A stretch of DNA of 63,552 bases, the filler included, from Octopus bimaculoides (lineage: Eukaryota), in NCBI RefSeq assembly GCF_001194135.2. It is 5 parts of 5 records of this genome, joined end to end, with 100 filler letters (N's around TTAATTAATTAA, not from the genome) between each part and the next. Parts side by side here need not be neighbours in the genome. Positions count along the whole stretch, not along the records: positions 1 to 15,134 come from NC_068991.1; 4 more parts are not named here. The stretch is one strand, 5' to 3'. Shown here piece after piece: positions 1 to 13,819 of this stretch (positions are counted from its first letter, which is position 1; every line of letters starts with the position of its first letter). The notes under the pieces are model-generated. The model saw nothing but the letters and a program-made list of their open reading frames with translations, was not told where the DNA came from and did no database searches. The position numbers were made by a program, and so were the translations under genes.

Positions 1-82
1 TATATATATATATATATACATATGTAAATATGAATTAGAAGCAGTTCGAGGTGTATAAACAAAGCCGAACACACACGCACAT

Positions 83-121
<39 letters not shown>

Positions 122-837
122 TATAAATATATACACATGTTTGTATGCATGTATGTATGTATGTATGTATGTATATATACGTGGTCTGACCAAGAAGTGG
201 CCGGACTGATGACATAGTAACGAAGCTAAAGCACGCAGAGTGAAGACATTTGGCAAAATAGATGGAACGGCATGGGTCAGGTCTGACCTGGGGCTAAACA
301 ACAACAACACCAAGAACAATGAAAGCAGTGAAGTAGTCACCACGATGACCACTACCACCACCACCACCAGCAAAATAAAACTACCACCGCGGCAACGACT
401 AACATCATCGCCATTATGACCGTCACCACCATCAGCGGTGATAATTAAGCACCACAAGGATCACCACCAGCATTATCACTTCCACCATGAACGGTATGAA
501 TAAAGTAACACCGGCTATAAAGCCCTCCTACCACNNNNNNNNNNNNNNNNNNNNNNNNNNNNNNNNNNNNNNNNNNNNNNNNNNNNNNNNNNNNNNNNNN
601 NNNNNNNNNNNNNNNNNNNNNNNNNNNNNNNNNNNNNNNNNNNNNNNNNNNNNNNNNNNNNNNNNNNNNNNNNNNNNNNNNNNNNNNNNNNNNNNNNNNN
701 NNNNNNNNNNNNNNNNNNNNNNNNNNNNNNNNNNNNNNNNNNNNNNNNNNNNNNNNNNNNNNNNNNNNNNNNNNNNNNNNNNNNNNNNNNNNNNNNNNNN
801 NNNNNNNNNNNNNNNNNCTGACTCCACCACCATCATC

Positions 838-1355
838 ACCAGTCCCACCAGCACCGCCACCACTGCCACTACTACTGACTCCACCACCATCATCACCAGT
901 TCCACCTGCACCGCCTCCGTCTCCACCACTATTATTGTTACCATTACCACCACCGTTAGTACCATCCCCCACTCACCACCACAATCACCAGGATAACCAC
1001 CACTCTTACCACCAACACCACCACCACCACCACCCTTACCACCAACATATCACCACTATCACCACCACTGCCATCATCACCACTGACACCACTACCATCA
1101 CCACCAGTTTCACCACTACTACGACTAGCATCACAAACACCACCACCATAACCATTATCCCCCCACCACTATCACCACTACTGCTACAACCACATTAACA
1201 CCACCACCACCACCACCATCATTCCCACTATCCCCACCACTGACACCACTACCATCAACCTCACTATCGCCACTACCATTATGAGCATCGCAAGCACTAC
1301 CACTATCACAACTTCCACCATCACCATCACCATCACCATCACCACTACCATCACC
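838..1355. repeat. Cryptic (CAC/CAT)n trinucleotide low-complexity tract; similar tracts at 28922-29280 and 58010-58405
   Basis: Direct reading. Produces poly-T/H/P pseudo-ORFs. Confidence 0.9.
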
Positions 1356-3017
1356 AAGAATAAAAATACAAATAATATTAAAAAAAAACAATAAAGCGAT
1401 TCAACTCATTCGCCATCACTAGTCCTATTACTAGTAAAACACCCCAATAAAAATATAATAAAATAAAATAAGCAAAACAAAAACATTGACAACACAACAA
1501 CATCGCAAAATGCAAGATTTTAGTAAATGTCTAACGAAGAAGATATCGCTCGCTTCATCAAATAAGAATAGAATCAATACACCATTCTAGGTAAGAGTGT
1601 TTCATTTATTTTGCTCTTTTAAATGAACAATTTTGCTTGTTTGTCACGGATGGCTTTTTGACAAATGTATCCCGTATTTGTCGACAGACGTGTCTTTACA
1701 TAGTGAAACCGGAGCAAATGTCTTCTTTATACGAAGACAAGCGTGTCATTTACATAGTGCAAGTATTACCTGTCTTGTGTTGTGTGTCGCGTGTGAAGGG
1801 TGTTGTATCTCTTGTATGTTATAGTGTTGTGTAGTTGTGTATATCTCGTACGTGTGTTTCTGTGAGTGCGTGCTTATGTTTGTCTTTTTTTCTGTGAGGG
1901 TGTGTGCACATATTTGAGTGTAATGTGTGCAAGTGTGAGTGTATGTCTGTGTGTGTTGTGCGTCTATCTTTTGTATGTTTGAGTGTTGTGTATTCCTGTA
2001 TATCGTGCATGCGTTTCTGTGAGTGCATGTGTGAGTGTTTGTGTTTGGTTTATGTTTGTGAGCGTGTGTGTAGATATCTGTGAGTGTTTAAGTGTCATGT
2101 AACCTTGTGTTTATGTATATGTGTCTGTGAGTGTGTCTGAGTTTCGTTTTTGATTGTATTTGCGTGTGCGTATTTAGGAGGGTATGTGTGTGTAGGTGTT
2201 TGTGTGTGTGTATTTATGTGTGTGTGAGTTTGTGTGTGAGTTTGTGTGTGTGTGTGTGAATGTTTTGTAAGGTCTGTCATTTGACGTCCAACCAGGTGTC
2301 TTTACAGTGAACACATCAAGTTGTCATAATGGTTTGGTGGCCATTACAAGACGACAATGGCGAATTAGTTATTAGTGGAACAACAGCAGCAGCAGCAACA
2401 ACAGCAGCACCAACAAAGTCAGCAATGTTAGCACTAACAAAAGTAAGATGAACAGCATTGGTAAGAGTAGTGGGAGAACAATTCAACTATAGTAGAGAGT
2501 AACAATATAAACAGCCGCAGAGAGGAAAAAGAAAAAGAAAAAGAATAAAAACAATAAGAACAGCAACTGCAGCACCAGTAGTAGCAGCAGCAACAGCATA
2601 TGGAGTAACAAGATGAAACAATAACAGTAACACATCAAACAGCAACTATAACAACACCAGCAGCACCATGAGGTAACACGATCAAGGGAAACTATATAGA
2701 CATAGAGTACTAACAACAACATAACCAAAGGCACAAGACATAAAGAGAGTATCTATGTGGTTGTCACACGATATGCAAGAAATAGCAGCCAGATCATGAG
2801 ACAAAATTCCATTTCCTGCTTAAGTAAGAGAAAGGTATTTCATTCCAGTTTCCTTGCACTTACTGAGACAACATTGTAAGAAAACCACAGATAGATGCTG
2901 ATGAAATGCTTTTGGTCACAGAACGGCCAAATTACTGTTCTGAAGAGCTGCCCTGTAACTCCGTGACTTCGCTGTTTGTGCCGAATTTGTGAATTGTTTC
3001 GATCATTTATCGCAAGC

Positions 3018-3172
3018 GAAGCTGTGTGGTAAGAAGTTTGCTTCCCAACCACATAATTCTGGGATGAGTCTCACTGCATGGCACATTGGGCAAGTGTCTT
3101 GCACTATAGCGTCGGGACGACTAAAACCTTGTGAGTGGAATTGGTAGACGGAAACTGAAAGAAGCACATGCC

Positions 3173-3212
<40 letters not shown>

Positions 3213-3240
3213 GTGTGTGTGTGTGTGTATGTATATATGT
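3018..3240 (+). mobile_element. SINE family B 5' half
   Basis: gctgtgtggtaagaagtttgcttcccaacc...gtagacggaaactgaaagaagc followed by (TA)n(TG)n. Confidence 0.85.
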
Positions 3241-3244
3241 ATGT

Positions 3245-3400
3245 ATGTCCACATCTGTTCAATGATATTTAAATCAGGACTCCGAGCTGGCCAATCCTTC
3301 AATAGCTGAACATTATTGACAGTAATTTCGAAGTTTCGTCCAGTTAAGCCATCGTCGGACTGGGATGCATTAGAGTTAATCTTGGCTTCATATAGTCTCT
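3245..3400 (-). mobile_element. Tc1-family transposase fragment
   Basis: VQLLKDWPARSPDLNIIEQMW matches the WPxxSPDLNxIE motif. Confidence 0.8.
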
Positions 3401-4317
3401 ATTGGGTTAAAATCCTCTGTGGGCATGTGGATTTGAGTGGAGTAGTAATCGCTATACGTACACACATACACACACACACATAATCACACACACACATACA
3501 CAGACACACACAGACACACATACATACACACGTGTGTGTTCGTATTTCAATTTTTTGCAACATGTAGAATGATAACCGTACTGAAATTTGGATAATGATG
3601 TCACGATAAGTCTTGATATCTGGAGACAGACCTAATTAAAATATGCGTGAATTATAATAAAGATAAAGAGAAAGAGAAATATAAATATAGAGATTTTATA
3701 GAAAATAAACGTGCAATTTATCAGACATTGTGATATCAATGTGTTATGTATAATTAATTATCAGTGGGCGAAGGAAGTTCTTACAATGTCACATATCTAA
3801 CTTATATTAGGGCAGTATCATGTGTTTTCACAAGCGTAATTAAAATAGATAGAAAAAAGATGAATGGGAAAAAAAATAAGAGTAAGATAGACATATGTAC
3901 ATATAATCAGAAGCAAATAATACTCGGGGGCATAAATGTTAATGATTTACTATTGTAAATTGATTAAGAAGGAACTAAATATGAAATTAAGCATTACGAT
4001 ATATGCAATTACATGTCTTATTCATATACGCATGTCAAAATATTATGAAAATATCATAATGTATATACTGATGTCGAAATAATTATCTGTATGAAACTTA
4101 AAACTTTAAACTCTCAAAGTTTCATTTCATACATATGCGATCATTTGTAAAACAAAAGCACTTTAAATCTATGAATGTAATTCATAGCACAAATCTATCT
4201 GCAACGTTGTTTTGCGTTAGAGGAATGCACATACGTACGTTATAGAAGTAGAACGACTAGAAAGAAATAGCAACAATGACAAAACGGACATAAGTAAATC
4301 CATCATGCATAGATAAC

Positions 4318-4380
<63 letters not shown>

Positions 4381-4384
4381 AATC

Positions 4385-5740
4385 ACAGCCGGCCAGATAT
4401 TGTGTGAATGGTCATCTATCGAGACCTTTCGACATTGCACGTTCGCCCGCTCTCGTTGCTTCTGTACGTATTGACTGTCCAGCCACTACTGCGGAAGGTG
4501 GCGACGCTGAGGAGCATCCCACGAGAATTGAGATGCGAGGCGAGCGTGTCCGCATACGCGGACGTCATCACCGTCATAGTGTCTAGCCAGGAGCACAGGT
4601 AAGCTGGTCGGCGAGACATTGAAAGACGACGAAGCAGTAACAGGAGCGAAAATCAGCCGGGAAAAGTCAGTGGGCATGCGGCTGGGTACCTGGAGAAGCA
4701 NNNNNNNNNNAAAGTCAGTGGGCATGCGGCTGGATACCTGGAGAAGCAATCCAATGCCGTCCAACAGAGCCTCCGTCGCGCGACGCTGGACCGACGGTCC
4801 GGTCGAATTGCACGGCGTCTGGTTTGGTCCGGACCTCCAAACGAAGAAGAACTGGAACGAGATAACGAGTAGGGTGGTCACTCTCGCCTGGCAATGGGCC
4901 GAGAGGAAGCTGTCCCTAAGAGGTCGTGCGGAGGTGGCGAACGCTTGCATCGCGTCCGTCATCTACTACCGCTTGACCGTCGTGACTTGTCTCGACCTTA
5001 CTATCACCAAACTAGAATACATTCTCTTCCACTTCTTGTGGAAAGGATGCGTCCCGATGGTGCTGCCAACACCCGTTAAAAGGAGGGCTGGGCATGCCGT
5101 GGTTGATGATGCGCACACACGCGCTGAGACTGCGGCATCTCCGGCTCTGAATAGACGGTCACCATTTGAGAGGCGTGCTTTGCCGCAGCTCTTCTCCATG
5201 ACCGAACAGCAGTCGTGGATCAAAAAGAGACCGAGGAAGAGCGAATAGCACCGCGAGTGTTGCGTTGCTCTCTAGCAACTATGCCGTCCCGGGTCGACTT
5301 TGAGCGTCTGCAACACAACCAAAGCATTCTATAGGGGATTATTGGAGGGGAGGTACGATTACGATCTCGGTGCGAACCTGGGCGTCGACTTTTCAAGGCG
5401 ATTTTCGGGCCGGGACCTATGGACAACTGCCAGCGATCCCTGGCCTGGCAGTGCTATCGACAAGCGCTATCTGTTTGGGATAAGCTCTACAGGCATGGCT
5501 CGAGAAACACGGGGCCGACCTGCCCGAGATGCAGTCAGAGCGCCGAAACCATTCTGCACGCACTGGTACAGTGTCCAACCATTTCCGACCTGTGGGCCTA
5601 TGTCGAACGACTGCTATCGCGTGTGGGACGAGTCAGTTTATCACATGAGTCTATGGTGAATATTGTCACGCCTCCTTCTTTGCAAAGGGAAGGAAGAGTC
5701 ATTTTCATCGTACTCGTGGTCATGGCGAAAGAATGTGCAT
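4385..5740 (+). mobile_element. Tx1/L1-clade non-LTR retrotransposon ORF2 fragment (RT C-terminal half to zinc knuckle), frameshifted pseudogene
   Basis: Translations VNGHLSRPFDIARS, PLSLLLYVLTVQPLL...SAYADV (degenerate YADD), GAKISREKS, LSLRGRAEVANACIASVIYYRL, GMPWLMMR and the CCHC knuckle CPRCSQSAETILHALVQC. Confidence 0.88.
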
Positions 5741-5983
5741 AACGTAAAACTATATATATTATATTATATCATATTATTATATTATATATGTATAAAGGAA
5801 GTAGGCGATTAAACCTTGCGGGTTTTCTGTTTGTTAANNNNNNNNNNNNNNNNNNNNNNNNNNNNNNNNNNNNNNNNNNNNNNNNNNNNNNNNNNNNNNN
5901 NNNNNNNNNNNNNNNNNNNNNNNNNNNNNNNNNNNNNNNNNNNNNNNNNNNNNNNNNNNNNNNNNNNNNNNNNNNNNNNNNNN

Positions 5984-6023
<40 letters not shown>

Positions 6024-6889
6024 CGTAGGAACTGGATCATTTATATATATATATACGTTGACATACATTCTCATTCAATCAAGAATGTGTATGTTGGTAC
6101 ACCTCGTGATGATGTTCAATAACTTCTCCTTAAACGATGATTACTTGTTGTGCTTGGTTAACTGAGGAAAATGGAATGTGAGCAAGTTGAAGATAGAAGA
6201 GAGAAAGACTAAGAGTAAAAAGGAAAACAAGAAGATGAGAGTAGAATATATTGGAAGAAAATGGACGAAAATGGCGCAGGTGAGAAATGAATATTAATAA
6301 AGATGTGAATGCAATAACTAATTACCGCAAAGACAGTTTCTATTTCACAAGAGATTCCAAACGAATATTTTCTTTCAATTTTCTCCAAGACAAGCAGTAA
6401 TGCGTGGTGAAAATTAAGGAAAGTTTATCTTCCATTTACAGAGTAGAAGAAGAAATAGAAGGTTGGGAAGGTTTTGTAATATCAAAATGCTAGTTATTAT
6501 CTCAGCGGATTTACTGTTCTCTAATACGATCATATACGGCACTATGTTTTGATTTGTTTAACATTCACGACAAATAAATTGTACACAGTTTATAGTGTCT
6601 CTAGCAGATGGCCATGCACTCATAGCCAAGCGTATTATACTTTGTTTTAATTTATCGGATCATTTCCTGTAGCAAAACGTTTTCCGCCATTACATTTTGA
6701 AGATATTTCACACAAACCGTCAATGATGTACGTTCAAGTAAAATGGTTCTAAGCAGAACGGAATGTCGTCCGTGAATTTTTGTTTTTCAAATCATACTTT
6801 TGTCACATTGCGATTCGTGATGATTTTCTCGAAATAATTCCTGAACAAAAATTGTACGATATATTTAACTGTTCTACTGAATCATCAAT

Positions 6890-7028
6890 CCTATTTCAAA
6901 CATCCTCTGTGTATGTAGATTGTAAGGTATTTCTAAAGTTTTCAGATGTTTTTTTTTTTTCTTCAGATTGAGTGGTATTGAACTTAATGCTCCGATATCA
7001 ATAGGGATAATCTTTATGTTTGATTCTC
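6890..7028 (-). mobile_element. R4/Dong-type RLE LINE C-terminal fragment
   Basis: AKMWQLRESNIKIIPIDIGALSSIPLNL..HLKTLEI resembles the conserved MW...IP(I/V)xxGALG segment after the RLE motif. A (TAA)n tract lies 5' of it. Confidence 0.65.
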
Positions 7029-7097
7029 GTAGCTGCCACATCTTAGCGNNNNNNNNNNTATTAATATTATTATTATTATCATCATTATTATTATTAT

Positions 7098-7791
7098 ATG
7101 TTTGACTTTTGCTTTGTATTTGTACAAGTTGATTCCAAGTCTCACCCAGAGACCTCAAAAGAATATAAGTTAGAAGTTCAAGTTGGTTTTATGCCTAGGT
7201 TGTCATATATTTTGTTTCGCACATAGTATTGTTCTAGAGAATGTTTAAGAAAACATAAGAAACTTTTAGGTTTGGTTTAAAATTTGAGATTAGATAGACA
7301 GTATTTTACGAAGGATATGGACAGTTCTCATGGACACATTTACATTTCTGCCATCTTATGGTTTCCTGGTAACTAAGTCAGGTAGGAATCAGCCCCTTTT
7401 GCTATCATTTCTATGGCACCTATGATAACAGATATTGTTTTAGTCTTGAGGCTCCACATTTTGCCAGTTTCTTTTTGAAGTTCTCTATACTTGCTCAGTT
7501 TTTGAAAGGTCTTGCTCTTGATCAGTTTTTGGTAGATACATTTATGGCGATTGGGACAGTCATATGAATGAGGAGGCATGATTTTTGTCTGAAGTCCTTC
7601 AATATAATGTCTGGCCTAATCGCATATATTTTTCTGTCAGTTCGAACGTTGAAGTTCCAGAGGAGTGAGATGTGATCATATTCAAGCACTTCAGATAGTT
7701 TGTGTTCTTACCAGTTTTTATCATGGGGCAGATCTAGGTTTTTGCAAATTACCCAGTGAATATACTTTGCTACTCTATCATGCCTGTCGAG
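7098..7791 (-). mobile_element. 5'-truncated R4/Dong-type LINE with 3' UTR, bounded by (TAA)n on both sides
   Basis: RHDRVAKYIHWVIC...LLWNFNVRTDRKIYAIRPDIILKD..CLLIHMTVP, KLSKYRELQKETGKMWSLKTKTISVIIGA, TVHILRKILSI*, then UTR running into TAA repeats. Confidence 0.85.
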
Positions 7792-7806
7792 ATTATTATT
7801 ATTATT

Positions 7807-8295
7807 GTCGTTGTTGTTGTTGTCTTTACACAGATTCTTATGCTGGAGATGTACCAAGGTGTCAGCTATTCATTACCAGTGAACTAAAGTAACACCCCTT
7901 ATTTTTCGAGCACCATCCTGAGTATTCGAGCGATTCCATGCAGTGCTGTTTACTGCAACTGCTCCATCATTATTGCAGCCCCTATTTGTTCCATCTAATT
8001 CTGAATATTTTTATGCACTGTACTACTACGACATTTTTCAGCGACCACAACTGCTTAATGTCCCAATTTAACCTGCCATATCTATCGATTTTTCTTTCTT
8101 CCTTATCGCATACGCTGTTTTCAGTTGGGCATGCTACATCTATGATGCAGCAACGTTTGCTTTCTTTCTCAATTAACACTATGTCTGGTTTCCTATTCTC
8201 TATCTCATGGTCACACCGAATCATAAAATCGCATAGGATCTTTGCATTATCATTTTCGACGCATACCAGCATTTCGTCCGTCTTGATATTCTGAG
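7807..8295 (-). mobile_element. 5'-truncated R4/Dong-type LINE (RLE domain plus 3' UTR)
   Basis: ORF 7982-8272: ILCDFMIRCDHEIENRKPDIVLIEKESKRCCIIDVACP...EERKIDRY is a PD-(D/E)xK restriction-like endonuclease. ARILRMVLEK* and UTR end at TAA/CAA repeats. Confidence 0.88.
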
Positions 8296-8400
8296 TTCAA
8301 ATGCTGCTGGGATCGACTTTGCGTTTCATCCTTCTGGGTCGATAAAATAAATACCGGTCATGTACTGGGGTCGATGGTATTGACGTTCCCTCAAAATTAC
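8270..8400 (+). mobile_element. SINE family A, partial
   Basis: ttctgagttcaaatgc...gatcgactttgcgtttcatcctt...gtactggggtcga. Confidence 0.75.
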
Positions 8401-8574
8401 TGACATTGATTCTAAATCAGAAACCATTATATAAAAATAGACTTGATTATGGAATCCATGATGTTATGAAAGAAGAATGGATGTTAGTAAAACAAGAGAT
8501 GTAAGTAAAACGGAAAATACTAAGCAAACCAGAAAAGATGTTAACAAAAATATGTGTGGAGATAAATTTTAACA

Positions 8575-8650
8575 ATAAAATCTTATCTAGACCTCCAAGG
8601 GTTATATGGTTCCCCAAAAGTTATATGCACCCTGGTTGAGAACCATTGGC
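8575..8650. mobile_element. hAT-type MITE terminal fragment
   Basis: Ends in ggttgagaaccattgg, a Charlie-like TIR. Confidence 0.4.
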
Positions 8651-8746
8651 GTAGAATAAAAAATAGTTGTCTCAAGCAATTTTGGCTCTTAGTAAGAGTA
8701 TTACTGCAAAACGGACGATCTCAGCCGCCTTCGTAGACCCCCATCA

Positions 8747-8968
<222 letters not shown>

Positions 8969-9149
8969 CTAGAAAATAATTGTAGTTTCGCATTGCTTAA
9001 GGATCACAAACCGCGAATCCTTGTCACCCAGCATTTGTACTGGGAATGTAGTTAAAAGAATATATTTTCAAAAGAACGAGGTCTAAATGTTTATTTTGTT
9101 GTGCTCGAAAAAAGAAATTGCTTGAAATATGTCCCCATAACTTAGCGAT

Positions 9150-9270
9150 AGAATAAGTACTAGGATTACAAAGAATAAGTCCTGGGGTCGATTTGCTCGA
9201 CTAAAGGCGGTGTTCCAGCATGACCACAGTCAAAATGACTGAAACAAGTAAAAGAGTAAAAGAGTAAAAA
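9150..9270 (+). mobile_element. SINE family B 3' half
   Basis: gatagaataagtactagg...ggggtcgatttgctcgactaaaggcggtg...aagtaaaagagtaaaagagt. Confidence 0.85.
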
Positions 9271-10162
9271 GTATTAAATGCAATATAGACATTGTGTTAG
9301 CTTTGTCATAATATGAAGGTAGAAGGCAGCCCCCTGAAGATGATGATACTCCTATATGTAAGTATTCGCGAAAAAATGCCAGCGAATTCAGACAACAAAA
9401 AAATTAATCAGTTAGATTGAAGAGAGCAAGCCCGTAGATCTTTTTTTTGGCTAAGGATAATCGGGTGAAGATAACGAGATAACGCAGTTTAAGAGTTTAG
9501 GGCTTTTACAAACATGTAATTATAGACAGGTTAATTGTCCCTGGCAACATTTTTAGATTACACTTCACTTTTTTTTTTTAAGAATCTAACAAGACAGTGG
9601 GTAATATTTACGAACAGAATCGGATAAAGTTGAGAAAGCAGCCAAGAGACAGCATGAACGATAATAATGTTCATATCACAAATTCCAATGGATCTTGTCT
9701 CTGAACTCTTGAACTTTCAAGTTTGGTTATAAACAGTGCCAGAGTATTTAGACTAACTTTCTTGTACACCACACTGAGATTCATATCGTATTATATATNN
9801 NNNNNNNNNNNNNNNNNNNNNNNNNNNNNNNNNNNNNNNNNNNNNNNNNNNNNNNNNNNNNTATATATATATATATATATATCTGTGTATGTGTGTATGC
9901 ATGTATGTATGTATGTATGTATGTATGCATGCATGCATGCATATACATATGTATTTATGTATGTCTGTGTGTGTAAACATACACACAACACACACACACA
10001 AATATATATATATGTCATTATTACTATCATGGCTATCATCATCGTCATCACACTACTACTGCTACTACTACTACTACTACTAGAAATGGAAAGGGACAGA
10101 GATAAGAATAGTTCACTACTACTGCTGCTACTGCTTCTACTACTCCTACTGCTACTTCCACC

Positions 10163-10223
<61 letters not shown>

Positions 10224-10439
10224 CTACCACTACTACTACCACTTCTATGACGATTACTTTGAATTTTATGAATACCACCACTTCAACTACAACTACCATC
10301 ATCACCACCGCTACCACAACCACTACCACCACTACCACTACCAACCACCACCACCACCTGTACTACAACTAAACAGTATGGTGTATTTCTGTAGCGTTGT
10401 ACAACACCGTAGTACCGTTTCCCTTGATGCTCTAAGTAC

Positions 10440-10549
10440 CGTGCTTATTTTGCTTAAGGGGTCAATCCAGCGATGGATGGGACTCCGGTCTGTCGCAGGA
10501 TTACTGATTTTTGCTAGCTGAGTGGACTGGAGCAACGTGAAATGAAGTG
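10440..10549 (-). mobile_element. SINE fragment with the family C-like central domain
   Basis: ctgagtggactggagcaacgtgaaatgaagtg is the reverse complement of the family C core. Confidence 0.6.
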
Positions 10550-11043
10550 NNNNNNNNNNTAGAAAGATAGACAGATACAAAGATACTTGTGGATGCACTA
10601 ATATCGAGGCAGATTTTGAACCTGTATATTCAAAATCAATGCCGATGTAGTATTAATGTGCAAACTGAATGGCCTCTCCTTACATAAAATAATAGTATGC
10701 ATTTCGTATCTGACTACGATGAGTAAATCTGGGGGCTATATAATCAATTATACATTTTTTGAAGGCGATGCTCCAGTATGGCCGCAGTTCATCGAATGAA
10801 ACTTATAAAAGAAATAATGGAATACAAAATATGCTGCTCCCCTAAGACTAACACATTAGTGTTTTCTCTTTGATTGGATAATAGATTTGTAGATTAAAGG
10901 AAATGGTTACAAGTGCACACGGAGTATTTATTACACTCTCCAGGCTATTTTCAGTATAATTACACACGTTTTCAGCATGAATCGAAACCAAATCCGTTAT
11001 CTGATTTCCTCTCGATTAACACAGCCACACATAGACACACACT

Positions 11044-11076
<33 letters not shown>

Positions 11077-12964
11077 ACAAACACACACACACTCACACAC
11101 ACACACACACACACACATGTACTCTCATATTAATAATATAAAATATCCACACACACGTATTAAGACTTCTACATATGCACGCAGTCACACACAAGCACAT
11201 ACACATATAAACAAAAACCATAAATGACACGTATAATTTCAATATCTACGAATTTGTATCCGATTCTTCATCGAAAGGCATTGCTATATTTAACATAGTG
11301 GGTTTAAATTCCAAGACATACAGTCAATTAGCCTGGCGTGCGTTTGAGGCCATTTCAATTGACTATATTATAGCTACCTCACGACTTTTAAACTCATAGC
11401 TCTTTTTTTAAAATTTTCACATCTCTATTTATGATATTTCCTTATTAAATGAAAATGATTTTCGCTAAAGGAGAGAGATATAATTAAATGTGCTCATATC
11501 AAGTACACGTTTTCCCTTCAGGACTCTAAAGTGTAAATATAATGTTTAGTGATGCACTAGATTTTATTGGTACTGAAGTTGTAGGTGATGGTCTTGTCTG
11601 TTGTTGTTCTTGCTAGTATGGAGTATGGTAATGATGGTGTTCAGGTCTGGGTTACTGTTGGGAGGTATTTGTTTGGTATCAATACTATCGTTAGCAGAGT
11701 TAATATTTTGGAGCTGGTGGCGCCGGTGGTACTGTTGGTGTCGTTGGTCTTCTTGTATTGTTGTTGGTGGTGGTGTTTGTGGTGGAGACAGCAGGGAGCA
11801 AGAATATGAACGAAACAGAAATAACATAGCAAAAATAAAAGGAAAACAATTGCGAAATCTTAATTACAATATCAAAATGAGCGTATGTGTATGAGTAGGC
11901 GCATGTGCGATTGTGTATGGTAATGTGCGTCATTAGAAGTCATTGCGTGAATGTATAGACGTAGAGATGCAGTCATTTGTTCATAAGTGCATACATATGC
12001 ATATATANNNNNNNNNNNNNNNNNNNNNNNNNNNNNNNNNNNNNNNNNNNNNNNNNNNNNNNNNNNNNNNNNNNNNNNNNNNNNNNNNNNNNNNNNNNNN
12101 NNNNNNNNNNNNNNNNNNNNNNNNNNNNNNNNNNNNNNNNNNNNNNNNNNNNNNNNNNNNNNNNNNNNNNNNNNNNNNNNNNNNNNNNNNNNNNNNNNNN
12201 NNNNNNNNNNNNNNNNNNNNNNNNNNNNNNNNNNNNNNNNNNNNNNNNNNNNNNNNNNNNNNNNNNNNNNNNNNNNNNNNNNNNNNNNNNNNNNNNNNNN
12301 NNNNNNNNNNNNNNNNNNNNNNNNNNNNNNNNNNNNNNNNNNNNNNNNNNNNNNNNNNNNNNNNNNNNNNNNNNNNNNNNNNNNNNNNNNNNNNNNNNNN
12401 NNNNNNNNNNNNNNNNNNNNNNNNNNNNNNNNNNNNNNNNNNNNNNNNNNNNNNNNNNNNNNNNNNNNNNNNNNNNNNNNNNNNNNNNNNNNNNNNNNNN
12501 NNNNNNNNNNNNNNNNNNNNNNNNNNNNNNNNNNNNNNNNNNNNNNNNNNNNNNNNNNNNNNNNNNNNNNNNNNNNNNNNNNNNNNNNNNNNNNNNNNNN
12601 NNNNNNNNNNNNNNNNNNNNNNNNNNNNNNNNNNNNNNNNNNNNNNNNNNNNNNNNNNNNNNNNNNNNNNNNNNNNNNNNNNNNNNNNNNNNNNNNNNNN
12701 NNNNNNNNNNNNNNNNNNNNNNNNNNNNNNNNNNNNNNNNNNNNNNNNNNNNNNNNNNNNNNNNNNNNNNNNNNNNNNNNNNNNNNNNNNNNNNNNNNNN
12801 NNNNNNNNNNNNNNNNNNNNNNNNNNNNNNNNNNNNNNNNNNNNNNNNNNNNNNNNNNNNNNNNNNNNNNNNNNNNNNNNNNNNNNNNNNNNNNNNNNNN
12901 NNNNNNNNNNNNNNNNNNNNNNNNNNNNNNNNNNNNNNNNNNNNNNNNNNNNNNNNNNNNTATA

Positions 12965-13300
12965 TATAGATAGATAGATAGATAGATATACATATAGGAC
13001 GGCTTTCTTTCTGCTTCCGTCTACCAAATCCACTCACAAATTTGGTCGAACCGAAGCTATAGTAGAAGAGACTTGCCCAAGGTGCCACGCAGTGCAATTG
13101 AACCCGGAAAAATGTGGTTGGTAAGCAAGCTTCTTACCCCGCAGCCACTCCTGTTTACATTCTAGTAACATACCAGTTGAAAAAAAGGGACCGACGAAAT
13201 AAGGTTCAGGGTTGACAACAAATAAGTTCTGGGGTCGATGTGTTCGACTAAACCCTTCAAGGAGGTATCCCAACATACAACAGTCCAATAATTGAAACAT
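12965..13300. mobile_element. SINE family B pieces: 5' half on the minus strand (12965-13150) and 3' piece on the plus strand (13215-13300)
   Basis: Matches to other family B copies in this window. Confidence 0.7.
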
Positions 13301-13819
13301 CTAGATGTGAGCATGCGCATGCGCTATGTGTAAGTGTGCGTGTGTGGGCGGGTGCACGTGCGCGAGCGCGTATGTATGTAATGGGTTTCCGTTAGATTCG
13401 ACGATGAGGATATGGTCACCCGATCAAGTGAATTACCTTCACATTGAATTCCCGTATAATTGGCTGAGTATTCCATTGACAATTGTACGCTTAGAGTAAA
13501 TTTCAAGTAGCGTCTCCCTTACACACTATGACAAAGTTGTGGTTTTGAATTACAAGTACAACTCATCCCATGTCCATGTAGTCTTTACTTACCAAATTTC
13601 AGTTAGAAGTCTTGGGTTCATTCGACTTGATAGTAGAAGATACTTGCTTAAGATGCCAAGCAACGGATGTCTTAATCATTCCGCTATTCCTGTTGGTATA
13701 TGGAGTGGCGAGCAGTGAGAGAAGTTAAGACAGGGGGATTGGGAAAGAGAAAGAGGTAGAAAGACAGAGTAAGATGGAAGTGAGTGTGTCTGTTTGGGAT
13801 TATATATGTTACATTGATT

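Noticed and set aside
4663-4748. 38-bp direct repeat across a 10-N gap in the Tx1 element
   Set aside because: Copies differ by one base and flank the gap, so this is most likely overlapping haplotype contig ends.
6168-6280. Possible exon ending gcgcag|gtgaga with an open K/E-rich frame
   Set aside because: No polypyrimidine acceptor; purine-rich low complexity explains the open frame.
11872-13097. Long ORFs in the track (also 18096-19063, 28150-29405, 32662-37565, 40063-40967, 51472-52556, 59684-61132)
   Set aside because: They are open only because they run through N gaps.
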